From the sequence record DRR723986_5297: 60,527 nucleotides of DNA; one strand, written 5' to 3'. The notes under the pieces are model-generated. The model made no database searches, was not told the DNA's origin, and saw nothing but the letters and a program-made list of their open reading frames with translations. Positions 18,856-28,487 of the stretch are shown one piece after another. Positions within the stretch are counted from its first letter, which is position 1; each line of letters begins with the position of its first letter. The position numbers and the translations under genes were made by a program.

Positions 18856-20052
18856 ATGCGAGCAAGCAATTCACCAACCTGTTTACGATTGACTGCAGCG
18901 CAATTCGCTGCATCGCGCGCGTTGATTGTGCTGCTTGCTGTTAGCGTTCCCAATTCTGCGCATGGGCAAGACAGCACGTTACCTCAGGGCGGTCGCGACA
19001 CGGATACGGTTTCGGATGCGTCCAAGACCGAGCAGTTGGATTTTTCCGAAGATGAGATTGATGCAGCCATCGATAAAGGGTTGCGGTTTCTGGTTTCCAA
19101 GCAGCGAGACAATGGCTCCATTGTCGACCGGCAGTACGACACCACGATGACCTCCCTGGCGATAATGGCCCTAGCCTCAACAGGGCACCTCCCCGGATCA
19201 TCAGATCGCTATGGGGCTGCCGCTTCTCAGGCCCTGAAGTTCGTTTTGCAGGACGATCGCCACGATGCCAATGGATACTACGGCAATCGAGACGGCTCCC
19301 GAATGTATGGTCACGGAATCACGACGTTGATGCTGACAGAGCTAACCGGCATGGGAGAGAGTCGCGAAATGAACGCGGCTTTGGAAGAGAAATGCGAGCA
19401 GGCAATCGATGTGATTCTAGCGTCGCAAGCCCGCAAGAAATCGGCCGACTATCAGGGTGGCTGGCGGTACACACCCAGCTCCAATGATTCCGACTTGTCG
19501 GTCACCACTTGGCAGTTGATGGCCCTGAGGTCGGCAAAGAACGACGGTATGGCAATTCCTGATGCAGCGATCCGTTCAGCGTTGAATTACCTTGAATCTT
19601 CGTACACAGGCTCGCTTCGATTACGATCTTCGTCCGCTCTTCGACCATCGCAGGTTCGCCCGGCTGGCTTTAGCTACTTGCCCACCAGTCGCAATCCTTC
19701 GTTTGCGATGACTGCGGCTGGCTTGCTGGCACTCCAGGTGTGCGGGGACTACGACGGCCCGATGGTGCAGTCTTCGATCCGCTGGCTGGAAGCACATCCA
19801 CCCAAGTGGCGCGATAGATACTTTTTCTACGGCCTGTACTACTACTCCCAAGCGATGGCTCAGCAACCAGGCGAAGTAGGCCAGAATGCTCAGACGCTCG
19901 TTAGTCGGTTGTTACTGGAGCAGCAGGGACTGGACGGCTCTTGGGCGTCGACCGACGGCGAAGAAGCGGGCGTTGGCAAGGTCTACGCGACGTCCCTGGC
20001 AATCCTTGCACTGAGCGTAAAGTATCACTATCTGCCAATTTACCAGCGATGA
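18856..20052 (+). CDS. Prenyltransferase/squalene oxidase repeat (alpha-alpha barrel) protein, probably exported
   Basis: QW-like repeats (Q..GGWRY, Q..DGSW), SDLSVTTWQLMALRSA and C-terminal YLPIYQR; signal-like N-terminus. Confidence 0.8.
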   Translation: MRASNSPTCLRLTAAQFAASRALIVLLAVSVPNSAHGQDSTLPQGGRDTDTVSDASKTEQLDFSEDEIDAAIDKGLRFLVSKQRDNGSIVDRQYDTTMTSLAIMALASTGHLPGSSDRYGAAASQALKFVLQDDRHDANGYYGNRDGSRMYGHGITTLMLTELTGMGESREMNAALEEKCEQAIDVILASQARKKSADYQGGWRYTPSSNDSDLSVTTWQLMALRSAKNDGMAIPDAAIRSALNYLESSYTGSLRLRSSSALRPSQVRPAGFSYLPTSRNPSFAMTAAGLLALQVCGDYDGPMVQSSIRWLEAHPPKWRDRYFFYGLYYYSQAMAQQPGEVGQNAQTLVSRLLLEQQGLDGSWASTDGEEAGVGKVYATSLAILALSVKYHYLPIYQR

Positions 20053-20090
20053 TTTCCCGAACCCAAACGCCATAATTCCAAATACCAGCC

Positions 20091-20282
20091 ATGGATGAGA
20101 TCAGCTACATTTGCGATTCCTGCGGCGAGGAAATCGTCATTCCGGTCGACCCCTGCGAGGGCTCGAGCCAGCAGTATGTTGAAGACTGCCCAGTTTGCTG
20201 CAATCCAATGGTCATCGAAATCTCGATCGATCCGGGCGGCAATACCTCCGCAGAGTGTCGCGGCGAGCAAGATCGATTCTAA
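20091..20282 (+). CDS. CPXCG-motif cysteine-rich small protein
   Basis: YICDSCGEEI...QQYVEDCPVCCNP, the typical CPXCG family pattern. Confidence 0.8.
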   Translation: MDEISYICDSCGEEIVIPVDPCEGSSQQYVEDCPVCCNPMVIEISIDPGGNTSAECRGEQDRF

Positions 20283-20552
20283 TCGCCGACGTGCCTGGTG
20301 TAAACGCAAACCCCATGACTGCAGACACTTACGTTTACTTCGCCCCAAATCTAGCCAGCCGTGGCAGCCCCCATCGAGAGTATTCAATCCTGGAAGTCAA
20401 ACTTAGAAGTAAGACATTGCACATTCATGTCGTCAGCTTCCTAGAATAATAAGTAGCGAAGGCTGTTATTTGGGCGGCGTTGCTGTCGCGACATCGTGGT
20501 CGCGAGCAACCGAACGGCTTAATAATTGTTGAATTGATGTGGGAGAGAGGTC

Positions 20553-21758
20553 GTGAGAGTCGGATTATTTGCTGGAATGCTCGTTGCGGTTTTCGTTTCC
20601 TGCTGTGGAAACAGTCTCGCCTTCCAAACTCAATTGGTAATGCAGGGCAACAATTCTGGGAGCACTGACGCCAGACGCTCAATGCCAGCAGATGAGCGCA
20701 AAGCGGAGAAGATGACCGCGATTGTAGCTGGTGGCTGCTTCTGGTGCGTCGAGACTGACTTTGAAAAGGCACCTGGTGTCCTGGATGTCGTCTCGGGCTA
20801 CAGCGGCGGACGATCGAAATCGCCAACCTACGACAATTATGCTTCCGGTGGTCATCGCGAGGTTGCACTGGTTACTTACGACCCGCGGAAGATTTCGTAC
20901 CGGGGAATCGTAGAATGGCTAGTTAAACACATCGATGCCACGGACATTCGCGGTCAATTTAAGGACCGAGGACTGCAGTACTCGCCAGCGATCTACTACG
21001 CCAATGACGAAGAAAAGAAAGCTGCCGAAGAGGTGTTTGAGGCAATCGACAAGATGAAGGTGTTCCGAACAAAACTTCGGATTGCTATCGAGCCTCGAGA
21101 AGAGTTTTGGCCTGCGGAGGAGTACCACCAAGACTACCACCACAAGAACCAGCTCAAGTATTCGTTCTTCCGCCTCCAAAGCGGCCGAGATGCAACCATC
21201 AATCGGTATTGGGGCGACAGAGCCAACAAACTCGAACTGCCAGGCTCGGTACCCGAATCCGCAAAGGACATCTCCGAAGACTCCGAAGTTGCTGACCTGT
21301 ACGCAAAGTGGCGTGATTACGAGGTTCCAACACGTGCAGAACTACGCGACAAGCTGACACCGATGCAGTTTCAAGTAACCCAACGTGATAGCACTGAGCG
21401 TGCGTTCAAGAATGAATACAACGCCAATAAGAAACCTGGAATCTACGTATGCATTGTGTCGGGAGCGCCACTGTTTTCGTCAAGTGACAAGTTTGATTCC
21501 GGTACCGGCTGGCCGTCGTTCTTGAAGCCGATTTCCAAGGATGTTGTGACGTTCAAGATCGACCGAAAGAACGTATTCCTGGGTCCAAGAATGGAAGTTC
21601 GCTCCCGCTTCGGTGAATCGCACTTGGGACACGTTTTCGACGATGTTCCAAACCTTAACGGGCAGCGATACTGCATGAATTCTGCCGCCCTGCGTTTCAT
21701 CCCGAAGGAGGAGATGGAAAAAATGGGCTACGGTGAATTCCTGCAGTTCGTGAAGTAA
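20553..21758 (+). CDS. msrAB: Bifunctional methionine sulfoxide reductase A/B with signal peptide
   Basis: MsrA domain GGCFWCVE and EEYHQDY; MsrB domain SGTGWPSF, HLGHVF, RYCMNSAAL. Confidence 0.93.
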   Translation: MRVGLFAGMLVAVFVSCCGNSLAFQTQLVMQGNNSGSTDARRSMPADERKAEKMTAIVAGGCFWCVETDFEKAPGVLDVVSGYSGGRSKSPTYDNYASGGHREVALVTYDPRKISYRGIVEWLVKHIDATDIRGQFKDRGLQYSPAIYYANDEEKKAAEEVFEAIDKMKVFRTKLRIAIEPREEFWPAEEYHQDYHHKNQLKYSFFRLQSGRDATINRYWGDRANKLELPGSVPESAKDISEDSEVADLYAKWRDYEVPTRAELRDKLTPMQFQVTQRDSTERAFKNEYNANKKPGIYVCIVSGAPLFSSSDKFDSGTGWPSFLKPISKDVVTFKIDRKNVFLGPRMEVRSRFGESHLGHVFDDVPNLNGQRYCMNSAALRFIPKEEMEKMGYGEFLQFVK

Positions 21759-21770
21759 GCTTACGCTACG

Positions 21771-22502
21771 ATGAGCCGCTGCGAGCTAGAAGTTTGTGTC
21801 GACACGCTTCGCGCCTGTATCATTGCCGAGCAGGCGGGGGCGACCCGGATCGAACTCAACACCGCTCTCAGCGAAGACGGCCTGACCCCCAGTCTGGGCG
21901 TTCTCCGGTGCGCAAAAGAGCAAGTCGACCTGCCTGTGTTTTGCATGGCCCGCCCGCACAATCGAGGCTTCGTTTACTCCGGCGGTGACAAGCGAAGCAT
22001 TCTTCTGGACTGCGAAGCGCTCATCGCTGCCGGTGCCGATGGCGTCGTGGTAGGGGCACTGGCCGACAAGAATCCTGCGGACCTGGACTGGGAATTCCTC
22101 GAAGACGTTGCCCGCCGCTTTCCCGATTCGCCTAGAGTCATCCACCGCGCATTTGATCACGTGGCGGATAAGGCTTCGGCAGCCAAGCGGCTCGCGTCGC
22201 TGGGCTTCTGCCGAATTCTAACCTCTGGCGATCAGCCAAGTGTTCCGGATAGCCTTCAATCTCTCCGCGAATTGCAGGAGAGTGCCGGAGACGTCATCGA
22301 GATCCTGCCTGGTGGCGGAGTGAACAGCAGGTGTGCCGATGCGATCCTTCGTTCGACGGGCGTTTGGCAGCTTCACGGATCGTTCCGCGGTGGCGATGGC
22401 CTGCCGGACGCTCGCGAGATCCAAGCCGTTAAAGAATCGCTAGCACGGCACGCCAATCCAAGCTCAGCGACTGAAGGATCGCACCGGCGTCATGGTGGTT
22501 AG
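21771..22502 (+). CDS. cutC: Copper homeostasis protein CutC
   Basis: LEVCVD, RIEL, GLTPS, MARP, HRAFD, RILTSG, PGGGV. Confidence 0.93.
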   Translation: MSRCELEVCVDTLRACIIAEQAGATRIELNTALSEDGLTPSLGVLRCAKEQVDLPVFCMARPHNRGFVYSGGDKRSILLDCEALIAAGADGVVVGALADKNPADLDWEFLEDVARRFPDSPRVIHRAFDHVADKASAAKRLASLGFCRILTSGDQPSVPDSLQSLRELQESAGDVIEILPGGGVNSRCADAILRSTGVWQLHGSFRGGDGLPDAREIQAVKESLARHANPSSATEGSHRRHGG

Positions 22503-22550
22503 GCTACTTTGCTGCTGATCACCTGCTGCTGGTCTACTTGCGGTGATAGT

Positions 22551-23333
22551 CTATTTACCAAGCAGAGTGGCCGTCGCTGCCGCGATATCATCCTGACGCA
22601 TCAGAGATTCCCCGACAAGCATTGCGTCGACGCCGCCCTCCTGCAGCAGCAAGGCGTCATCCCGAGTCATAATGCCACTCTCGCCAACCAGCACCTTGTC
22701 CTCAGGGATTTGCTTTCGCAGTCGCAGCGTGTGCTCCAAGTCCACTTCAAAACTACTCAAGTCTCGATTGTTGACACCAATGAGTTCGGTGCCAGTATTG
22801 AGAACATTGTCCAGGTTCTGTGGTCTGTAAAGCTCAATCAGTGCGACCATCCCCAGCTCGCGGACGAGCTGGTAGAGCCCACGCAGCTCCTGGCGATTCA
22901 GGCATTCGGCGATAAGCAGGACTGCATCAGCCCCGGCGACTCGCGCTTCGAAAATCTGGTAGGGGTGAACGATGAAGTCTTTCCGCAGCACGGGAATGGA
23001 AACCGCCTCAGCGACGGCCGACAAATACTCAAGAGCCCCTTTGAAGTACTGTTCATCGGTCAGGACGCTGATGCAGGACGCACCAGCAGCCTCATACGCC
23101 TTGGCAATGGCGACGGGATCAAAGTCCTCGCGAATCATTCCCTTGGACGGGCTCGCACGCTTGACCTCAGCAATCAAGCTGATCGGCGGGCCACCACGCA
23201 GCGGAGCGACAAATTCACGGGCCGGCTCAGATGCATCGGCCTGCTTCATCAAGTCGCGCAGGGGCCGTTCACGGATCGCGTTTTCGACTTCCTTCTTCTT
23301 TGCAGCAACAATGGTCTGCAGGATGTCTGACAT
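22551..23333 (-). CDS. trpC: Indole-3-glycerol phosphate synthase
   Basis: IAEVKRASPSKG, SVLTD, LRKDFI, GVNNRDL, ESGI, LVGESLM. Start at MSDILQ (ATG 23333). Confidence 0.96.
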   Translation of the reverse strand: MSDILQTIVAAKKKEVENAIRERPLRDLMKQADASEPAREFVAPLRGGPPISLIAEVKRASPSKGMIREDFDPVAIAKAYEAAGASCISVLTDEQYFKGALEYLSAVAEAVSIPVLRKDFIVHPYQIFEARVAGADAVLLIAECLNRQELRGLYQLVRELGMVALIELYRPQNLDNVLNTGTELIGVNNRDLSSFEVDLEHTLRLRKQIPEDKVLVGESGIMTRDDALLLQEGGVDAMLVGESLMRQDDIAAATATLLGK

Positions 23334-23473
23334 TCTGTTCTCTCGACGTGCCAAGTTGCAGGGCGTAGCGGGAAGGTAGAGATCATAACCGAAGCCTCGC
23401 CTAATGTGTTGAGGCTTCGTTGCGGGCCCTGAAATCGTCTGGCCAGTGCGATCGGAGTGCCGTGTCGCCCACC

Positions 23474-25045
23474 CTAGTGTCGGAAGTGCCGCGCGCCGGT
23501 GAAGACCATGGCGATATTGTGCTCGTTGCACGCCTCGATGACTTCCTCGTCGCGGCGCGACCCGCCGGGCTGGACGATCGCTACCACTCCGGCTTCGGCG
23601 GCGGCTTCGATGGAGTCCGGGAACGGGAAGAATGCGTCCGAAGCAAGAATAGCTCCGTCGGCGCGATCACCCGCTTTGCGAATGGCAATCTCAGTACTGT
23701 CCACTCGACTCATTTGCCCCGCACCGACACCGATCAATGCTCCTTCGCTGGCCAAGACGATTGCGTTACTCTTGACGTGCCGGACCATCTCCCAGCCGAA
23801 TTCGAGGTCAGCCCACAAATCTTCGTCGACTTCGACATCAGTGACTGTCTTCCACTGAGTCCGGATGGCTGGCAGCGAATCGGACTCTTGAACCAGTGCT
23901 CCGCCAGCCAGGAATCGAACCGAAAGGTCCTTCTCCGCAGGCGTGAGTTTGCCGACGCACATGAGTCGAACGTTGTCACGCCATTTCGGACGCGTGGTCA
24001 GAATACCAACGGCTCCAGCAGCAAAGTCTGGAGCAATGATCGCTTCGATAAAGCGACTTGGATCGACAAGGATTTCGGCCGTTTCAACGTCAACGGTGCG
24101 GTTGAAACTTAGCACGCTACCAAACGCACTGAGTGGATCACCATCAAGGGCTGCCGCAGCGGCATCGGCCAGCGTTTCGCCGACCGCAGCACCGCAGGGA
24201 TTGTTGTGCTTGATCACAACGCCAGCAGGTTGCGGAAAGCTGCGGACGATTTGTAGAGCGCTATCAAGATCCAACAGATTGTTGTATGAGAGTTCTTTGC
24301 CGTGAATTTGGCGGGCGTTCACAACACTTGCAACGTCGCTGCGGGGGATACGATAAACGGCCGCTTGTTGATGCGGATTTTCGCCGTAACGCAGTTGAGC
24401 CTTTCGCTCAAGCCGAACATTCAACTGCGACGGAAATTCACCGGCGCTCGCTTCGCTGCGGAAGTAGGCTGAAATCGACTGGTCATAATTACAAGTCAGC
24501 GTGAACGCTTCACTCGCCAGCTTTCGTCGCAGCGCGAGGGTCGTTGAACCGTCTTCGTCAATGCTCGAGAGAATCGAACTGTATTGTTCTGGGCGAGTTG
24601 CGACGGTCACCCACTGGTGGTTCTTGGCCGCGGCGCGAATCAAGCTTGGCCCGCCAATATCGATCTGCTCAATCGCCTCTTCCCGCGTCACTCCCTTGCG
24701 AGCAACGGTTGCTTCGAAGGGATAAAGATTGACAACAACCAGCTCGATTCCAACGATGTTCTCGTCTTGCATCGAGTTCAGGTCATCGACGTTGTCACGT
24801 CGCCCAAGGATGCCGCCGAATATCTTCGGGTGCAACGTTTTGACTCGGCCATCCATCATCTCTGGGAAGCCGGTGTATTCGGCCACATCGATGGTCTCGA
24901 TACCGTGATCAGCCAAGTAGCGTCGAGTCCCACCAGTTGAGTAGATTTCGACTCCGCATGAAACCAAGCCGGCCGCAAAATCGACTAGCCCAAGTTTGTC
25001 GCTGCAGCTAATGAGGGCACGGCGAATTGGTCGTTTTTCTGGCAC
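23474..25045 (-). CDS. purH: Bifunctional AICAR transformylase/IMP cyclohydrolase
   Basis: GRVKTLHP, IDIGGP, LRYGENPHQ, KHNNPCG, HVKSNAI, GQMSRVDS, SDAFFPF, RHFRH. Confidence 0.98.
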   Translation of the reverse strand: MPEKRPIRRALISCSDKLGLVDFAAGLVSCGVEIYSTGGTRRYLADHGIETIDVAEYTGFPEMMDGRVKTLHPKIFGGILGRRDNVDDLNSMQDENIVGIELVVVNLYPFEATVARKGVTREEAIEQIDIGGPSLIRAAAKNHQWVTVATRPEQYSSILSSIDEDGSTTLALRRKLASEAFTLTCNYDQSISAYFRSEASAGEFPSQLNVRLERKAQLRYGENPHQQAAVYRIPRSDVASVVNARQIHGKELSYNNLLDLDSALQIVRSFPQPAGVVIKHNNPCGAAVGETLADAAAAALDGDPLSAFGSVLSFNRTVDVETAEILVDPSRFIEAIIAPDFAAGAVGILTTRPKWRDNVRLMCVGKLTPAEKDLSVRFLAGGALVQESDSLPAIRTQWKTVTDVEVDEDLWADLEFGWEMVRHVKSNAIVLASEGALIGVGAGQMSRVDSTEIAIRKAGDRADGAILASDAFFPFPDSIEAAAEAGVVAIVQPGGSRRDEEVIEACNEHNIAMVFTGARHFRH

Positions 25046-25976
25046 GTTGATGACTTCAATTCGAGAAATTGAGAGAACCAGGCAGGTCTCGGCAACACTT
25101 ACTATCTACCTCCCGCCATCCGAAGCCCATGTTGTAAGCCCTCAATTGTGGTGGTCAAGCCAAGGCGAGATCACATCTCGAAGCGTAACTGCGAAACCAC
25201 TTGGTCTCACCGCTGCAACTGTCGCCGCCAGTCGAACTTCTCACGGCGCATGAAAAACCGCCGCAAATCAAGCTCGACGATGGACGGGTAGTCGGCTGAC
25301 ATGCGGCGGAAGACGGCTTGGGTAAGCAAGCAATCTGCTATTTCTTGGGCGAGTAAAACTCCCTAATCAAGTCCGGGTCGTGGTTCGCGTATGCTGCACT
25401 TGGCCTTTGTCATGACATCTCTGCAAATCTCTGTCCTTGGCAGCTATTCACAAATTTGGCCGCACACCCGTTTTCAGAGCGGCTTCTTCATGACGAAGCA
25501 GGCAACGGCTCTCACCCCGCCTGCAGCATTGAATGTTAAGAGTTCGAGTGAGCTTTAATGCACGCGGAGTGCCAAAGCGGGCGCATTGCTTTCAAAAACC
25601 ACCATTTTGGCAAATCCTAGGCAGTTTCCAGTGCTTACAGCAGCCCGGTGGCAGAGTGGACCGGTTATTCGCTTTGATCCGCTGCCAAGGTACGCAGCAT
25701 GAATGCTCACTAAACAGGCAGCTCTGCCTCGGATCGTAGCCTCTACGTTGGTTGACGGTTACGTGACTGCGAGATTCCAGCCGACCAATTCTCTCGACTG
25801 GCCAAATGCCGTGCGAATCGAGCAAAATTAGGGCTCGACGGAGGCGATGTGCCGCGTTACCCTTGTGCGTTCGCAAGCGGGCAGCCCTGCGCGAGCTCTG
25901 TTTAGCGGAGCGAGTGTCGTAAGGGCTCCTTCCTTTCACTCTATATCTACGTGTCGGAAATTTGGGTTTAGCAGAT

Positions 25977-26291
25977 ATGTACGCCATTATTGTTGACGGT
26001 GGACGCCAGTACAAAGTTTCTCAAGGCCAACGTCTTGATATCGATCTGCGTAAGGACCTGAACGCTGGAGACACTGTCGAGTTCGGCCAGGTGTTGGCAA
26101 TCGGCGGTGACGAAGGACTTAAGCTCGGCACGCCCGCTCTAGACGGTGCCAAGGTTACCGCGAAGGTGATCAGTGAGGAAAAGGGCGACAAGATCTACAT
26201 CCAGAAGTTCCGTCGCCGCAAGAACTACCACCGTCGCAACGGCCACCGCCAAAAGTACACGCGAGTTGAAATCGCCGAAATCGCTGGCTAG
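25977..26291 (+). CDS. rplU: 50S ribosomal protein L21
   Basis: MYAIIVDGGRQYKV...KFRRRKNYHRRNGHRQKYT. Confidence 0.97.
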   Translation: MYAIIVDGGRQYKVSQGQRLDIDLRKDLNAGDTVEFGQVLAIGGDEGLKLGTPALDGAKVTAKVISEEKGDKIYIQKFRRRKNYHRRNGHRQKYTRVEIAEIAG

Positions 26292-26395
26292 ACGACGCGC
26301 TTTAAGTGCCGGTTTTGGTACTGACACGACTTCGGTAGCGGTACGCCTTGCGCGGCTCCAGCCACTTAGCTGAGCATGTCGCAACTTACCGCCAG

Positions 26396-27349
26396 CTAGT
26401 CTGCGAAACTCCAGATGCCACCTTGCTCGGCGACCTGATGGCCGCTTGCGAGCACCTTCTTCCTGGCCTCGCCCAATCCGCTCATCACCGGATTTGAATG
26501 ATTCAAGTGAATGAACCTCACCTTGGACCGCTGCTCAATCGGAAGCCGTGAAAATCTCTCAAGGCTCTCTGAGATGAACGGATGAGGAATTTCATCCATA
26601 CTTCTCCCCGGCAGTTCTGAAGCGCTGTAGAACGTGCCATCCAAAAACGCGACGTCCGCTCTGCGTACCAGCGATTCAATTGGAACCTCCCATCGCTCCC
26701 ACTTGTCGATATCGGGAATGAAGATGGCGGATTTCCCTTCGCTGGAAACCTCGAATCCAACCGTCTCTGAGAACTCGTCGCGATGCGGCACCAAGATTGG
26801 AGTCACCTCGATGCGTTCGTTTAGCTTTACAGGCGTTGCGGCCGCCAGACGTTTGAGCTGAATCTGCTTCAGATCAACGAGTTGCCTCCACGGGCCATTG
26901 GTCCGCAAGAATTCACGCATTCGCGGCATTGCGAAGACAGGCACTTCATTCGCCCCCATCACCTCTCGCCCCAAATGCATCAATCCCGTGTAGTGCCCAA
27001 TGTGTGCATGGGTCAGGAATACGCCCGACAGCACAGGAGCCGATGCTTTTCTGCCAGCAACTTTGTCTAGCAGCCTGAGTTGGTCGCGAAAGTCCGGCGT
27101 TGCGTCGATCATCCACCGCTGCCCAGTCTCTGGATCAACGATGCCAAGGCAGCTAACGTACCTGCGTTTAGAGTTGTCGTTCCAAACATCCCGGCAGCAG
27201 TCTTTCATGCAACCTGCCTGAGGGTAGCCTCCGTCCTGCGCAGTGCCAAGAACAACCAAATACGGCGGTGCCGCCGCGGACATCCCGCCTAAAATCGCGA
27301 CAATTGCCAAGGCAACTGGCCAGGCATGGACGTTTCTCAACCAATTCAT
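26396..27349 (-). CDS. Metallo-beta-lactamase fold protein, PqqB-like, with signal peptide
   Basis: LGTAQDGGYPQ, IDATPD, LTHAHIGHY, VPHRDE, DGTFY, IHLNHSN. Confidence 0.85.
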   Translation of the reverse strand: MNWLRNVHAWPVALAIVAILGGMSAAAPPYLVVLGTAQDGGYPQAGCMKDCCRDVWNDNSKRRYVSCLGIVDPETGQRWMIDATPDFRDQLRLLDKVAGRKASAPVLSGVFLTHAHIGHYTGLMHLGREVMGANEVPVFAMPRMREFLRTNGPWRQLVDLKQIQLKRLAAATPVKLNERIEVTPILVPHRDEFSETVGFEVSSEGKSAIFIPDIDKWERWEVPIESLVRRADVAFLDGTFYSASELPGRSMDEIPHPFISESLERFSRLPIEQRSKVRFIHLNHSNPVMSGLGEARKKVLASGHQVAEQGGIWSFAD

Positions 27350-27390
27350 CAGCTTTGCCCAGGAGAGTGTGCGAACATGGTTGCCCAGCG

Positions 27391-28389
27391 TTACTGGATC
27401 TCAAACTCTTCAGCAATCTTTTCGGCGGAGAATTTCTTTGGCTGATCGTAGTCCTGGTCCGCTAGCAGCTTTTGCATTCCAGGCCTCAAAACCGGCAGCC
27501 CTTTCTTCGGGATCTCGACTTTGGCAGTCCAGCAGATCGCATTAGCCGCAAGTTTGAGTACGTCCTCGCGTCCCCAATTCCAGTGGTAGTGCCCGCCTGT
27601 GAAACCGAACGAGCGGCCGCCGTTCTCTCGCTCATAAACCCAGGCAACATGCTGGGGCTTTCCAGCGGCTACCGCTTTTCTCACATGAGGATTGCCGCTG
27701 TGTGGGCCATCCTTTCGCTTCATCGTCGACTCGGGTGCAACGGCTGACAATAAAGGCGTCACGCCCGCCATGTCCTCGCGAAAACGCATGTGGAAGTACC
27801 ATTCGTCGTTGGCTGCAAACGGCCTAACTCCCTGAGCTGCAGGATGATCAGGGAGCTCTTCAAAGCGCGCCACCCAATGCGGATTGACCGACCAGTGAAC
27901 TTCAAAATAGCCGCCGAGCCACTCCAGGAACTCCTTGCCGCCCTCTTCAATTGGAACTTCGACACCATAGTGCAAGCAACAAAAACCAACACCGCGCTCC
28001 ATGTGCTTGGCGAGCGTTCCTAAGTGCTTGATGGCCGGATGCCGCTTTCCTCCATCACAGTACATCACGATGGAATCGGCCGAATCCAAGACAGTTTCAT
28101 CTTCAGGCCAGCCACCGGGCAACACAGTGCATCGAACGCCCGTTGTAGATTTCTCAATCGCGTCCGCTATTACACGACAGCCCGCGAAATGCTCGTGGGC
28201 CCCATAACCGTGGCTTCGCGTGCCAGCTAAGAAAACGATGTGCTTGGAATTATCGGCAGCACCACGGCCGCCAGTTGGCTTGTCCGCTAAGCAACTTCCG
28301 CCCGCTGTCAGCCCGACCGAAACTGACACTATCATGGTCAGCGAAAGGGCCAGCAAACGTGCCTGCGAAACAAATTTCATCCAGCGCAT
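27391..28389 (-). CDS. ThuA-like (class I glutamine amidotransferase fold) exported protein
   Basis: HGYGAHEH, DEWYFHM, GRSFGFTGGHYHWNW; signal peptide. Confidence 0.8.
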   Translation of the reverse strand: MRWMKFVSQARLLALSLTMIVSVSVGLTAGGSCLADKPTGGRGAADNSKHIVFLAGTRSHGYGAHEHFAGCRVIADAIEKSTTGVRCTVLPGGWPEDETVLDSADSIVMYCDGGKRHPAIKHLGTLAKHMERGVGFCCLHYGVEVPIEEGGKEFLEWLGGYFEVHWSVNPHWVARFEELPDHPAAQGVRPFAANDEWYFHMRFREDMAGVTPLLSAVAPESTMKRKDGPHSGNPHVRKAVAAGKPQHVAWVYERENGGRSFGFTGGHYHWNWGREDVLKLAANAICWTAKVEIPKKGLPVLRPGMQKLLADQDYDQPKKFSAEKIAEEFEIQ

Positions 28390-28487
28390 AACCTATTTCT
28401 CCTGAGTCGACGCCGAATGCTCAATCGGTTATGAGCGGGAAAGACGCCGCGTGTCGCTTCGGTAAAGAACCTAGCATTGTAGCCGGA

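Noticed and set aside
18856..20052. Terpene cyclase or biosynthetic cluster reading
   Set aside because: No DxDD catalytic motif, only one barrel, a signal peptide, and no isoprenoid genes nearby.
22509..24112. Plus-strand ORFs (273 aa and 230 aa) opposite trpC and purH
   Set aside because: Antisense shadows of clearly identified housekeeping genes.
25391..25558. 55-codon plus-strand ORF in the purH-rplU gap
   Set aside because: No motif, ribosome-binding site or compositional support.
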